A DNA stretch of 64,000 bases from the NCBI RefSeq assembly GCF_036321535.1, contig NC_087436.1:101868001-101932000 (forward strand), written 5' to 3'. Of this stretch, positions 27,180 through 40,900 are shown one piece after another. The position numbers were made by a program, and so were the translations under genes. This stretch comes from Camelus dromedarius. Its lineage: Eukaryota. The notes under the pieces are model-generated. The model had not been told where the DNA came from. It did not search any database and worked only from the letters and a program-made list of their open reading frames with translations. Numbering within the stretch: position 1 is the first letter of the stretch; every line of letters begins with the position of its first letter.

Positions 27180-27543
27180 CTGAAAACAAGGTACATTGGA
27201 AAATTGCACTTCGTCACTCGCTGGATGGTAGTTTTGGCCAAGTGAGTCACCTGAGCAAAGAAGTATGAGCAGGAGTGTTCTGTGTCACTGTTAGACAAAA
27301 GCCTGACCTCATCAGTGCGTGACCATCTATATTCATGCCTTCCTTTTACAGAGTGATGATAAGCCAGGAGTTGGAGCCTCTATCATCTTATGTTCTAAAA
27401 TAAAGCTTACAAAGATCTGGGTGTTACACAAATATAAACTAGACAGAAAGCACAGATGAGAAATAAGTCTTTATTGATTTATATCAGTGAGAAACCCATG
27501 CTGTTTGTTACAGTGACATAAAATATCTTCTCCTGACTGAAAA
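27180..27543 (+). mobile_element. MLT1I-like MaLR 3' LTR
   Basis: ttgcactt...tttggccaa...tgagcaggagtg..tgtgtcact...gagaaataag...tgtttgttacagtgacataa...tcctgactga. Confidence 0.7.
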
Positions 27544-27599
27544 TGGGATAAGAAAGGAAGCAAAATAAAGCAAACCAACAGAAAAGGAAATCTAGATAG

Positions 27600-29150
27600 A
27601 TGTTACCATGAACAAGCAAGAGACAGAATGGCCAACCTGAGCAATGGCTACATGAAAAACAGCAGTGATATTCAACATGTAAAATTAAATGAAATAAAGT
27701 AATTTGTCTGAAGGAGGTGGAAGGAGTGTGAAATCAAATGCAATATCTAAATTTATGACTGAGAAACAGAGGTGAATGTTAAAACCGTCCCTAGAGAAAA
27801 GTAACATAGGAGACATTTGAGGCATCAAGATGGTGGGTAGGGACAGTAAGAGAAGATCTATCTATGAGTAAATGTCGCCACTCAAGGGGAAAGATTTAGT
27901 AGACAGCTGGATATAAGTACCAAATTTCAAGAAAGACAATAGTGTTAGAAATATATATCATCATCTAATTCATGATAATTAAGATATAACAATTGTTGAG
28001 TCTGCCAAGGAAATTGTGTAGGATGAGACAAGAACCCAATGACAGACTCCGAAAAACACCTATGTTTAAATGATAGTTAGAATAAAAAGGCCCTCATAAT
28101 AAGGCTGAAGAGCAGCTTTAGTGATGAGATAAAAGGTGTAGGATTCTGCACTACAGAAATAAAAGAAGAGAGTATTTCAGAAAAACAGGGTGGATCATCA
28201 AAGTCAGGTGTTCTTAGAGGTTAAACAACATAAAATTAAACAGACTTTGTTTGGATTTAGCCACGCACAAATCATAAGTTGTTTCATGAGAGGTCTTTTT
28301 TGTAAACTGAAGTATAATTTACTTGCAATGTTATATTGGTTTCAAGTGTAAAACATAGCGATTTGATATTTTGTATAGATTGCACACCAAAGTTATTATT
28401 ATACATAATATTGACTATATTCTCTGTGTTGTGCATTACCTCTCTGTGACTTATTTATTTTAGTAGTTTGCACCTCTTAATTGCCTTCATCTATTTCGCT
28501 CATCTCCCCACCTCCCTCCTCTCTGGCAACCACTAGTCTGTTCTCTGTACCTATGAAAGGTCTTCCAGTAGAGCGATGCTGGTGAACGCCAAATTAATTT
28601 GGTTGAAGAATAAAAGGGAGATGAGAAAGTGGACACAATAAGTGGTGGGCAACCTGCTGAAGCAGTTTGAGAATTAAATCAGGCCAGGGACAGCATTAAG
28701 TAGGACGAGATACAGACCAGGAGTGAGACTTTGTGTTTATATTTATTTTTATTGTGTATAACAAGAGAGGCTTAAGCATTTTAAAATGATGAGATGAAAA
28801 GATAAGTAATAAAGAATAGAAGAAATGGGTCTGACAAATTCTGGAAGGAGAGGATCCAGCACCCTGGTAAAATGATTTGTTTTAGTAGGAAGATTATATC
28901 TTTCCTTCAAATAGAAGGGGAGGGAAAAAAAAGATAAGTGTATATATATTTCTGTTTCTGGGTAGGGTAAAAAGAAATTGAGAAAGTTTTTCAGATTGTC
29001 TTTATTTTCTCCGTGAAGTAAAAGGCAAAGGCATCGGCTCAGACTAAGTGGGTAACGGTTGTCATATGTTTGGACTGAAGTGCAATTGGTTTAAAATAGT
29101 GAGTAGGAAATACAGAAGGATGTCCAGGCTGTACTGAGGGCCAGGGTATG
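27600..29150 (-). mobile_element. L2 LINE fragment, interrupted by an L1 3' end
   Basis: Purine-rich antisense L2 blocks (gtagacagctggatata, gagagtatttcag, ttggatttagc, tttattttctccgtgaagta). Confidence 0.7.
28298..28552 (-). mobile_element. Short L1MA9-like 3' end with TSD
   Basis: T-tail then tgaagtataattt...ctctggcaaccactagtctgttctctgtacctatga. Flanked by ATGAGAGGTCTT (28286-28297) / ATGAAAGGTCTT (28553-28564). Confidence 0.85.
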
Positions 29151-29671
29151 GACAGTCACACAACCAGAGATTTTTTTCAACTTGTTTTCATCCAAAAGAT
29201 TTTAAAAGACATATGACAGTGAACATAAGGGGGCACACTGCATATAATTATTAGCTGTAATGTTTTGGAAAAGGCAGAGAGCAGGTATAGAGAGACCTAT
29301 TGATTTAGCCTAACAAACATGGAGCAAAACAACTTATGTCCAAATTTGCAAAGGTATCCTGGGAGGATAACAATTGCAATCAAATTTACTGACAGCAAAG
29401 GTTGTATGTAAACTTTACCAAGCAGACAACTTGTAAAAAGGTAAAATTCATGACATGTGTTGTTATTTGAGAACTTAGACAACTGAACTCAAATTCTGGC
29501 CAAATATAAATTCATTTTATTCTGTCAATAAATACATAGTGACTAGCACATTGTAGAATGTATTTATTCATTATATTGACTGTATGTTGTCTGCCCTTGA
29601 GACCATCAGCTCCATGTGAAGAGGAAAGTTTCTTCTTCCAAGTCATCATTTCTTATGCTGTTTGCCTCATC

Positions 29672-30134
29672 ATGTTGTAGTTTCTCGCAGCTTGATCCAA
29701 TGCTGGCTGCAACCTAGTCTGTGTGGCTTCTAACCATCTTCACTTGGACACCACCCGCTAGCGACTTGCTTTGTCCAAGCTACACCCATCTCATGTCCCG
29801 CTCCGGAGCTTCTCTACTGCTGTTTCCAGAATGGTTGCCTGAAATTGGGGGGTTATGTGGGGTGCTATACAGCTGAGTGGAGTGGAGTGAAGTGACGGGA
29901 GGCAATCTGGCACCAGGAATAGAAGAGATTCTGCAGATAAGTTCTCCCTTTCTAACACAGCAGGGAAATACCAACGAAGTTATTGGAATGGTTTTCAGAA
30001 GCCTGATACAACATGGGAGTCATCCTCGCATTGGCCTTCACTTCCCCCTCCTTGCCCCTGCTCTCTGAGATTATATTCTCTAAGTCTCTTGACATTTCTT
30101 CAGGTTCTGCCTTATGGGGAACTAAGCTAAGATA
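29672..30134 (+). mobile_element. ERVL LTR (LTR33/LTR16-like)
   Basis: GC-richer island ending in tcaggttctgccttatggggaactaagctaagata, typical of LTR33/LTR16 3' ends. Confidence 0.7.
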
Positions 30135-30909
30135 GTTAATGATTTCTAAAACCTAGAAAAGTTTAAGAAGTAAACTAGGCACTCAGTAAACATCTGTTGA
30201 GTGACAGGTTGAGATCATAAATGATGCGACGGTGGACTTTGCGATCTTTGCTTTCTTAACATCTATTCCAATATCTTCTGGTAAATACATTCCACAGGCT
30301 TTAAGAAGAAACATCCCTTTCAATCTTTTATGAAAGGAACTTTGATTGAGGCTATCCTCATAAATAGTCAGTGAAGAATGAATGATTTAGCCCATATTCC
30401 AATCAATGAGTATGCCTCTTCACATCCAGAGACAGAATATTTCCTCTTAACACTTATAATTCCCTGACATAATGTGCACATTTTATCTGTCCATCTATCT
30501 GTTTATCTGTCTAGCCATCCATGTATCTATCATGTATACACATAAACTCAATGAAGCCAGAAAATTAGATGTTTGCTTCAGTGCTGTACCTCAAATACTT
30601 AGAATACAGTACAGAGTAGATAATAAGGAATTAATTCGCTCATTGAGCAAAAACTATATGCCAGCACGAAGCAGACATAATATACTTCCCTCATGGGGTT
30701 TATATTCTGGTTGTGTGAACTGAGCAATAAATAAACAAACAAGTTTTATTTGTTTATATATACAATTTACAAGTATGTAAAATAATATAAAAATCAAGTG
30801 TATGATGGTGATAACATAAAAAATAAAGAAGAGGGGATATGGACAGTCAATGAAGTGAGGAGTAGATTTACACAACTAAAATTAAAAATATATATATATT
30901 CAAATAAAT

Positions 30910-31259
30910 CATTGGCTCAGGGATGATCAAGGGAACTAAGTCTGTCCAAATTGAGCTAGGTACTCTCTTTCCATTGGTCTTGAATTTGAATAGATAGGAT
31001 GTAATCATTCAACCGCTAGAAATCAACTTGATTCCCCAGTGGGGACTCTGCCTGAGGGCCTGCCCGACGTGGAGGAAGGTGGATATGGAGGAAGCCAGTA
31101 CAACACCTGATGATAAAATGCGAAACAATGGACCTGAAACCAGTATTATTTCCCAAGGCACTATTTAGTTAGATGAAGCCATAAATATCCATTTCTTCTT
31201 ACAAAGTTTGGAGTTAGATTGTGTATCATTCATGACTAAAAATAAAATCAATTAAGACA
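30910..31259 (+). mobile_element. MLT1J/K-like MaLR LTR
   Basis: cattggctcagggatg...ctgcctgag...cctgatga...cctgaaaccag...tgaagccataaat...agtttggagtt...taagaca. Confidence 0.6.
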
Positions 31260-34052
31260 GACAAAAAAAAGGTCTACATTTAAATATTAATTTTTCAATA
31301 ACTCAAGAGCCCAATTCGTGAAGGGGCATATACACCAAAAATGGTATCACCACTATAAAATAGTATTTTTCAAAATGAGCACAGTTAAAAAAATCCTGCT
31401 ATGTCTTTGGATTACTTCCATTCCATTGGTTTTATTTTTCAATCTTCCCCGTTCTCTTTCTCTTAACATTTCTCTTTCACTTGCAGAATTATTAGTTTTC
31501 TCTACCTGTATATATTTAATATGTTTCCCACAAACAATACATAAAATATTTTCAGAATCCTGCTGACTATTTACCAAATAAATAAATTAAAAGTAACAAT
31601 ACGTCTAAAATAGAAATTTAAAGGCAACAGCAAACAGAAATTATGTACTAATCAACATAATGCTTGGAAAGGTTTATATAAAAAAATCTATAACTAAAAA
31701 CTGGCTCAAAAATAGGACTTGTAAATTATGTTAAAATACATTATAATTTAGAATAAATAATTAAACATGCACTTGGAATCAAAGGGATTTGAAATCTATC
31801 TTAGTTACTTTGTAGCTCTGTGTGCTTTGTTGGGTTATACCTACCACAAAGGGTAGCTAGAGAGTTAGCAAATCAGTAAATGTAAAGTAATATGTTGTCA
31901 ACATTATTTTTATTTCTTAGCCCTTAAAACTGTGGTTAAAGTTTTGATATTATGTTTTGGCATTGTTTCTGTAGTGTTAATATCTTAATCTATCATCATT
32001 TTGATGTGTAAAATTGCCTTAATTTTTTATCTGTAGCTATGAAAACCCAACTATTCTAAAATAATCCTAGAATTTTTGAACCACCCTCTCTTTCCCTTCT
32101 GCAGCACATCATGATTCAGAGATACCGTTCATGTAGCAAGGTATGAAGCTGATGATATTGGTAATACTGTAACAACATGTAAAGTCTTCACACTAGTTTT
32201 ATCAAACTGTCCTTTGTTCAATGGCCAAGGAAGGAACTGGTCATCGCTTCCCTAAAATGAATTGTGTGAGGGACACCAAAAAGATATTTTATTCTACTGT
32301 ATTTTCTCTGCTTTGTTTCTTGGTAAAGAGGTAAGTACTTAGTTCTTAAGCTACTTTTCTATGGATTTCTTTAATGATCTCTCATCTGGAAATCGTATTT
32401 TGCAGGGAAAATGTGAAAGATGTATAAGATAACAGCCTTCTTCAGTTTAATCAAGCAATATTAAAAAACATTAGAAAGATATATTAATATTCAAGAAATG
32501 GGCTTTCAGAGACAAGAAATTATCAGCAGATTCTAGAATTAGGGTGAAATAAATGTATTAGATGCTGAAGAGGCTTGAATCAAAATTTGTTGTAAATAAA
32601 ATGTGGACAATACAATAGGCTTCTGGCAATAGTTTGAGAATAAGAGATTAAAATTGACAGAGAGAATAGACTAAAGGAGACTACATATTCATGTACTAAA
32701 TCATCATTTTAAGTTTTTGAAGCATTATTTTTCTTTATAACACTACTCTTTATTCATATTTGTAAAATCATGTTTTGAAAACCTGTAGTTTGGCTATAAT
32801 CTTTTATGTTGCTGAAAATAAAGATGGAATAAAACCTTTCCATGTTCTCTGCATTGAATTTAGAAATACTACTTACATTTTAACTGCAGATTAAAAAGAT
32901 GATCAGTTCTGTGGCCCCATGAACAAGCATCTTCATCCAAGAGATTTTATGTAAATGAAAGCACAAAATGGAGTCACCAATAAAATGGCATTATTATAGA
33001 AAAAGAATAAAAGAAAGAGAAAAAGAAGAAAGAAAGAAAAACTAGAGACAAGGTAAGAAATTAAGAATAAAACAGCCCAAATTAAAAATTGAGTATTAGA
33101 AGGTATTTTACATCAATCTAGTTAAAATAATATATAATTGTTGATATAATATTTAGAAGAGCTAAGCAACATTTATAGTAGAAGGCTATGTGTTACTGAT
33201 TCATTCATTTTCTTCAAAGTCACCAATATCTTCTTAAGGAAACTCCTCTCATCATAAACTAAACAGATAAATTCCCAATTAAACAGCAAAAAGAGACAAT
33301 TATTATATTTCAAAAGAGTACTTCCTCTCATAAATTCATTTTTAAGCTTGAAAGTCACTTAACAGAACATAATGTAGTTCATTATGGGGAAATGCTATTC
33401 AATTATAGTGATTCAGTATCTAGAAAAAAAAGGAAGAATTTCCTTAGAGAAAAAGGCATGTGTAATGAGTTATCTGAGCAATCACTCTGGGTCTATCTAT
33501 CAGGATGTAGATTTCAGATCTTCTACAGGATTAAGAAAACTTTGAACAAATTGAATAATTTGGTTAAAATGAATACACTAGTCTATTTTCTGTACCACCA
33601 AACCATTTTAATAACTCTGTTATTAAACATAGCACATTGCATTGTCACTGTTCTATTCACAGCCTGTCTACTATTAGACTGTATCCATCTCAATATCCTT
33701 TGGCCTATCCTAATTTCATGCCAGGTGTCATGCTGAAATCTTTGCATGTGTAGTTCTTTGCTGAAGCCTCTGGTCAAAGCCACAGCCAACAGCTTTCTCT
33801 TCACTAGTCTATTTAAAGTCATTTTCTTTGTTACCCAAGATCTGGTAAGACTGGCCATGAATAAGACCATGAGTTTCCATAGGAATTATACCTCTGCTTA
33901 CCCTCTTTCTGCTCTGATTGCTTATTTAATCAGTATTTAATTCCACTCTATTACCTTCTGGCTTTTTATCACCTAGGAGATGGTTCTACTTCATTCAATA
34001 ATCTTTGCCTTCAAAAATCTAGCCTCTTAGCAACTTTGAAGCATATAATACT

Positions 34053-34226
34053 GTATTCTCACCACAAAAAAGAAATGATAATTTTGTGACATAATGGAGA
34101 TGTTAGTTAATATCACTGTGGTAATCATACCTCAATGTGAAAATGTATCAAGGCATTTTAACTTATCAATGTTATGTGTCAATTAAACCTCAATTGAAAA
34201 ATCAGCAAAAAAAAAAAAAAAAAAAC
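34053..34226 (+). mobile_element. L1MA/MB 3' end with poly(A)
   Basis: ttctcaccacaaaaaagaaatgataatt...gtggtaatcat...aatgttatgtgtcaatta...ctcaat followed by a long A run. Confidence 0.75.
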
Positions 34227-35599
34227 CCTTACCCTGAGGCTGATGATCCTTTCTGATTTAGAACATTGTCACCACCACAACCCTCTCATCACATTCATCA
34301 CCTAGAAAGCACTCTATGAACATATTTTAATTGATTGATCTTCCCTTTGGGGAAGAACTAGCCAGTTTCTCAATCATCTCTCTGTAATGTTCCTGACTTA
34401 GTTATTTTACTTCCCTAAAGGTCTTGGCATGCTCTGAGTAATACTAGTCTTTGAGAATTAATGAGCTAAAACAGTAAATGACTAGATCATCTTTATTGAT
34501 ATGTTTCAACGATTTACAGCTTACATCTACTCTTGAATTCCCAAAAGGCTTTTTCTAAGAAATCAATATAATTTATATCCTCAGTTCCTCCACCTGAATA
34601 TAATATTAAATTCCACCACGTAAATGAAGATTAGTTTTAGCAAACATACAAAAATCGTACCAAATATGGGATTTTGTTCATTCAGAATGTGCCCATCTAA
34701 CAACTGAGAAAAAAGCACACAATTATAAAAGTTGTACAGTTGAATTAAAAATTTTCTAACTGCAAAACATCCCTTCCGAAATCACTCAGTACTATGTAAT
34801 TGACAACAATGGAAAATAACATTTATGTTAAAATATGTCACATATATACAATGGTAAGATGCTGTGGATCAAGGGGCCCCAAACTCTGCCTGGAGGCTGT
34901 TAGGGAGATGCAGGTAATCTGACCTAGATATATAGCACATAAAAAAATTCCTGATAAGTGGTCTGCCCTACTTTAGTTCCTCTTAATTCTCAGCAGCCAC
35001 CACTGCACCACCATAGGTCCCTAGAAGGACTGGTTTTCTAGGTGTTTGGTAAACCGTTGAAGGGACGTCAGATTGTAGTGACAAAGATTACCTTGGAAGT
35101 AATGCAATTTGATAGTAAAAAAGGAAGCAGCAGTCTAAATTGAATAGCTAATATAATGAACTAAGAAATGGATGTTGAAGGCCAAACTATAGCAGTGGAT
35201 GTAGAGACTACATGAGAGACATCAGAAGGCATCATTGACGTGACGCCACTTTTAACTGAATGTTGAGAAAGAGAATGAGGTAGAAATTGGCTGTCTCCTA
35301 AGTTTCTTAGTTGGCCAACATGGTGGCTCTAATGCTATATACATCACGCTTGTTGCTATGAAAGATATAAAGACTATAAAGGTTCTAATTTTTGCTTTAT
35401 TCATAAAAGCCACAATCTTAAAGACCTACTTAATTTTCTTCAGGGTCAGTTTTGTGGTTAAATATGACAGTGGATTATTGAGTGTACCAGGTCATATCTT
35501 ATGTCGACTGCAAAATGTAGTCTCTCATCTAGACCAACTGATTGTTTCATTTAGACCAATCCAAGTTTGCCTTAGTTAGACTCCTTGACATAGGAAAGA

Positions 35600-36150
35600 A
35601 TATACAACATTTAGTTAAAAATGCCATTCTTTCTCCTCTAAATTGTCTTTATACCTTTGTTGAAAACCATGTGTCCATAGCTGTGGTTCTATTTTTCAAC
35701 TTCCTATTTTGCTCCATTGACCTGTTGGCTTATGTTGATGCCAAAACTACATCGTATTGATTCCTGTAGCTTCATAATAACTCTTGAAATCACGTAGTGT
35801 TAGTCTCCAAACTTTGTTCTCTTTCTCAAACTGCTTAAACCGCTCTAGGTTCTTGGGCATTTCCATATTAGTTTTAGAATTAGTTCACAAATTTATACAC
35901 AGAAAGCCTGCTGGAATTTTTGATTGGAAGTTTTTTGGATCTATGCATCTGCTTGTAAAAAATTGATGTCAGTAATATTGAATCTTCTGATCCCTGAATA
36001 CAGTTTGTCTCTCCATTTATTTAGGTCCTTAAAATCACTCAGAAATGGCTTGTTGGTATCAGTGTACAGATCTTTCACATCTTTTGTAAGAATAATCCCA
36101 AAGATTTTTCATAATTTTGAAGCTATTGTAATTGTATGCTATTTTCAGTT
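35600..36150 (-). mobile_element. Old L1M ORF2 fragment
   Basis: Antisense ORF2 blocks (cctttgttgaaaa, ttccatattagttttagaattag, ctccatttatttaggtc, gtgtacagatctttcacatcttttgt). Confidence 0.8.
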
Positions 36151-36179
36151 TTAGTGAATATTTTATTTTAGAATGATGT

Positions 36180-37812
36180 ACTTAAGGTTTTTTCAGACAG
36201 CGATCACAGAGGTAAAGTACTGTTCTCATCACATACCACTGGTACATACTAGCAACATGAGTGATCTCTCAATGTTTACCTTCATCATGTGACTGAAGTT
36301 GTTTTTGTCAAATTTCTCCACTAAATTTACCATTTTTTCCCCTTTCCAACCTGTGCTCTTTGAAAGTCTCTGTGCACAGCAAACATTTAAGGTGTGGGGA
36401 CTTATGTCCCACTTCCTCAGTGGCAGATTATCTATGAACAGTAGTAACGTTTTTCTGCACAGGAGATTTAGCTTTTTTCTCTTTATCTATCTACCATCTA
36501 TTCAATCATTTATTTATATAACTATAGATTCATGAACATTATTTTATGCTTTGGGCAATAATCTAATACTCTCTTCTTTGTTTAGTTGCTCAAATTCTTC
36601 CAGCGTTGGCCTGTGGGAATTCTTTCAGTTGGCTGTTGCTTATATTGTCCCTTTGGCATATAAACAACATTGTGGAATTTAATTTTTTTAGGCACATTCT
36701 TATTTTCTGGCCGCAAGTGTTTCCAGTCTCATCTTGTAAATTCTGTGTCTCAATACCAGATGTAGTCATTTCTCTAAAGCTTCCCATTTTTTTTTATTGG
36801 TGAATGGAATGTAATCCAAGATCTGGGCGCTGGAGAAGTTCACTGCTACTGCGATGTCATTGATACTAGTCTCAGCTGATACATAACCTGTTTATATACA
36901 CGTCTATAAATATTTCTGTATGTAACCATATGTCTCTATATTAAACTAAACATGAGTTTATGCTGATGTCTCAAACTCTAATCCATTACCACATGGCTCA
37001 TTATAGCCTCCTCCCTTGCATATTGCTAAACTCCAACTTCAGCACAGGAAGCCTGGCTCCCAGGATTTGCCACCATTTACTGAACTATTCATTTCTAATA
37101 ATATCCTCATATGGTTTCAGAACTGTTAACTGTGCCCACATAGGAAATAACTTTACCAACAATCACAGTGGTTAGTGCCTTTCCCGTGTCCTTTAGTTTT
37201 AGAGGGTCCACTCCTTTCCAAATTCGCTTAGGTCAGCATTTTCCCTTCACCCTTTTCAGTGAGATTGTTTTGTACATTTGTAATAGAGTTAGCTAGGGGG
37301 AGGAGATAGCTCAGTGGTAGAGTGCCTGCCTAGCATGCACAAGGTCCTGGGTTCAATCTCCAGTACCTCCATTTAAAAAATAAGTAAATAAATAAACCTA
37401 GTTACCTCGTCTCCTAAAAAAAAAAAGTTAAGTGTAATAGAGTTAGCTATGTTTGTTATAGTCTGCATTTCATCCGGGGATTCCCCCAACTTCTTATTTT
37501 TTTAATTTGTATATATTGTTTCAGTGTTTGTGCTTTGAAGTCTACAGATTTTGACAAATGCATAGTGTCATATATCCACATTATATTACTATACAGAACA
37601 GTTTTACTGATCTTAGGGCTTCTAATATCCTCTGTTACTCCCTTTACTCTCTCTATATAGAGTTTTGTTTTGGTTTTTAGCTCATTCCTTTTGGTAGAAA
37701 AATAGCATTCCATTATATGAAAGTAGTGCCTCTTGCTTAACCATTCACTTGTTGAAGAATATCCTATTAGGTTCCAATTTTTGACAACTATGAATAGGCT
37801 GCTATAAACACT
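36180..37812 (-). mobile_element. L1MD/MC-type 3' region containing a nested SINE
   Basis: Typical antisense L1MD/MC 3' UTR blocks (gttgctcaaattcttccagcgttggcc, ccaagatctgggcgctgg, ccattcacttgttgaagaatatc, gctgctataaaca). Confidence 0.75.
37296..37432 (+). mobile_element. tRNA-derived SINE (camelid Vic-1 type)
   Basis: A box TAGCTCAGTGG, B box GGTTCAATCTC, AT-rich tail with A run, and a perfect 17-bp TSD TGTAATAGAGTTAGCTA (37279-37295 / 37433-37449). Confidence 0.93.
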
Positions 37813-37990
37813 GTTATAAGGACACCAGTTCTATTGGATTAGGGCCCAAGTCCGATGACCAGATTAAATTTTAACCACCTCTTTAAAGGCATTATCTCCA
37901 AATCTCCAAACACAGACACTTCCTAAGATGTTGAGAATTTGGCTTCAACACATGAATTTTATAGAGAGGGGATCCATTTAGTCTATAACA
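37813..37990 (-). mobile_element. MLT1A/B/C LTR 5' fragment
   Basis: ttataaggacaccagt..ttggattagggccca...tctccaaa...cttcaacacatgaattt...ataaca. Confidence 0.8.
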
Positions 37991-40900
37991 AGTATAGTGT
38001 TTTCTGACTTGTTATTAAAATTCTTGAAGCTATTTCAGAATGCAAAAAGATCTTCTTAATTTATTTCTTTTATTTTCTTTGCTTTTTCTCTGGGCCACTG
38101 AAAATTTTAGTGTAAGGTACAGCATTTGCTGTTCAAAAATGTTCTCTTATTGCTAGTATTTTATTCTGAGATTTCTGGTGATTTCCCTGATTATAAGACT
38201 AATGAAAACCACTTTATGAAAAAGCATAGAGAGAAACCTGGGAAGCAGCTCTGTCTGGGAGGGCTGTCGTCTATCTCGATGATACTGTGTGTCTATTACA
38301 CATTCCAGATGACAAAGGGATTTGATTTTATTACTTTGCTGTCCTTGTCTTTCTGTATAACTCCATGATTTTACTCTATTTAATATGTAAAACATACTAT
38401 TTAACTACCATGAGTTACTCTGAGGTTTCAATCAGATAGCTTTCCTGATGGTCTAAAAACTTGAGCTTGACCTTAAAGAATAAACCAACAACAGAAATGA
38501 AAAGTTATCTCTGTTTCAAAACAAATTTTCAAACAGTGTAGTTCAGTTATTATTTGCAGACAACGGAAAACTACTTTCACACATTGTTGTTAAGCAGTAG
38601 AATACAATGTTTGCTCAAATGACTGCATTTTGACATTGCGCACACACACAAAAAAGGTTATTGGCTAAGTTTATTTCTTGGAACAAACATGGAGTGCTTT
38701 CATTTTTACTTTAATCTCATACAGTAAAGGACCTTGAATACAATTATGATATATTGCTAGTCAATTATGAGATCTAAACCTTTTCCATGATAATATGACT
38801 CAACAGCAATATTTTACCCAATTTTAATAGATACATTTCTTTGTGGAATTAAAAAAAATGCTCCTATGGCTGGGAGAAGAATAAGCATTTTTGTTCTTAT
38901 TCTTTTTTTTTTTTTTTTTTTTGCTTTGTTTTTAAAATTTCCTAACTAGAATTATTTTCCTGGCGAGAGGAAGAGGATTTTCACTTTGGAGAAGCTTCTA
39001 TCTTAGGTCCTGAGTGGAAAAGGGAATTTCCCCATTGACTGGATAGTTATTTATGTTAGATTTTCTAGGGCAGTCTGACAATCATTCACACCAACTGGCA
39101 GAGTGCACTCTAATTTGGGGCTAAGAAAATCTATTTACTGTGGCTTCTTAAGACATGTGCTGCATATTTGAAATTTAAAAGGCAATCTGGGGATGGACAG
39201 GCATCTTAAAGTAACATCCACATGAAAAGTGAAGGAAAAGTCCAGTTCAAAAAGAGCAGTACCTAGTGGTGATAAAATGTGTTGACATTATAAAGTCCAC
39301 TGTTAAAAAACATGTTTTCAGAGAAGAGTGCAAATTGGCAATCACAAATCAAAATTCAGTAATTCTTTAAAGAATTTAAATAAACAGATTGGTAATATGA
39401 ACCAGGTAAGTCTGCCAGTAGGTGTTAATGCTCCTGTCACCTGTCTGTAGTTTGTCAGTAGGACCTAAGTATCTGGGAAGATAAGTAAGCCAAATAAGGC
39501 AAATTCTACTATGTGGAGAAACTTTTTTTTTTTAATGCAGGGTTCCTAGACTAGTCCCTATCCACCAAAAATACAAAGGCAAACATGCAAAACAATAAGA
39601 AAGAAACATGATTCTCACCCGTGGTGATCACAGATTTCATAATTTAGCAATATAATCAGATTCAGATTTAGAAGCTAAAACTGAGGGTTGAATTTGATGC
39701 AGTACAGATGGAGAACTGGGGAGAGGAGCTTTTGGCAGATACGAAGCTGAAAGAAGATAAGAATAATCTAAGAGTTTTCCAAATTTTAACATCTTTCACG
39801 CCACTTTGGAGAATTTTCCAAGCAGTAATGTAATATTTTCTTGTGTAGTGCCTTCCAGATGTGGTCTCTTGGGCAAAGGAAAAGTTACAGTGATAAGGGT
39901 TAGTTTAAGCAGAAGCCCTTTGATGTGATAACACCTACATTTCACCAGAGAAGTGAAAGATACGTTTCTAATGTGAATACTCTTCATACTGTGCTGGCAG
40001 AGAGGATTTATCAATGGGGCCAGAAGAACAGAGAAAACAGCAGCTGAAGATTGCTGCAGAGATTTTCATTCTTAGAACTTCTGCTCCTGGGGTGAGGTTT
40101 ACATCGGTGCTCTGATTTACAGAGATATGGCGGGGGGGCAAATTCTTTGAAGGGAAGTGTGGCTTTGGGAGACACACTGTTCAAAAGACTTCAGTGGTGT
40201 CTCAGAGATGGTCTTAACTGTTCGCATCATAGGAGTTGAGATTATGAAGACTGCAAAAATCCCAGTGAGATTAAACTGTGGTATTCATTAGCTGGGGGCA
40301 AGGCATGCCTGAGGGAGTCTTTGAATATACAACAGATCCTCTGCAGCTTGGTGAGCTTAAGAGGACATTCAAATTCAATTATGGCAAATCAACATTACCA
40401 GAAATAGTCTTCTTTGTAACTTGTTCCGTTGTGACTGTAATCTACTGAGCCATGTCATTTCTTTCCCTTCCCAGAGCTACTCAGGCCTTTTCTAACTGCT
40501 GTCCTCCTTGCTTCTTGACCCTTGACAAATCATCTCCACAGGGCACCTACAATGATTATTCAAAAGGGAGATTAGACTGTGTAACTCTGCAGTGAGAAGA
40601 GCTTTACCGTATCTCACTGTGTTAAGAATAAACGCCTACTTTACACAATGTCCTACGTAACTGGGGGTGGGGGAAGCCCTTAACTGGAGGAAGGAGACAG
40701 CCCCTGAACCAGACACAAAGATTCTTTCATGAATTATATTTTCTAGTCATGGTGATTTGTTTTCCTTGGCCACACGGCCATGAGGAGAAAGGCCAACTTG
40801 CCAAGAGGGATAGGACGCAAAGGTGGAAGAACGTGATTATTACTGACACTGTTGAGCTGCTGAGCTGATACTGGAAACCTCCTCCCTGTATGCACACACA

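Noticed and set aside
37296..37370. tRNA gene
   Set aside because: The tRNA-like head is followed by an AT-rich SINE tail and flanked by a TSD, so it is a SINE, not a tRNA gene.
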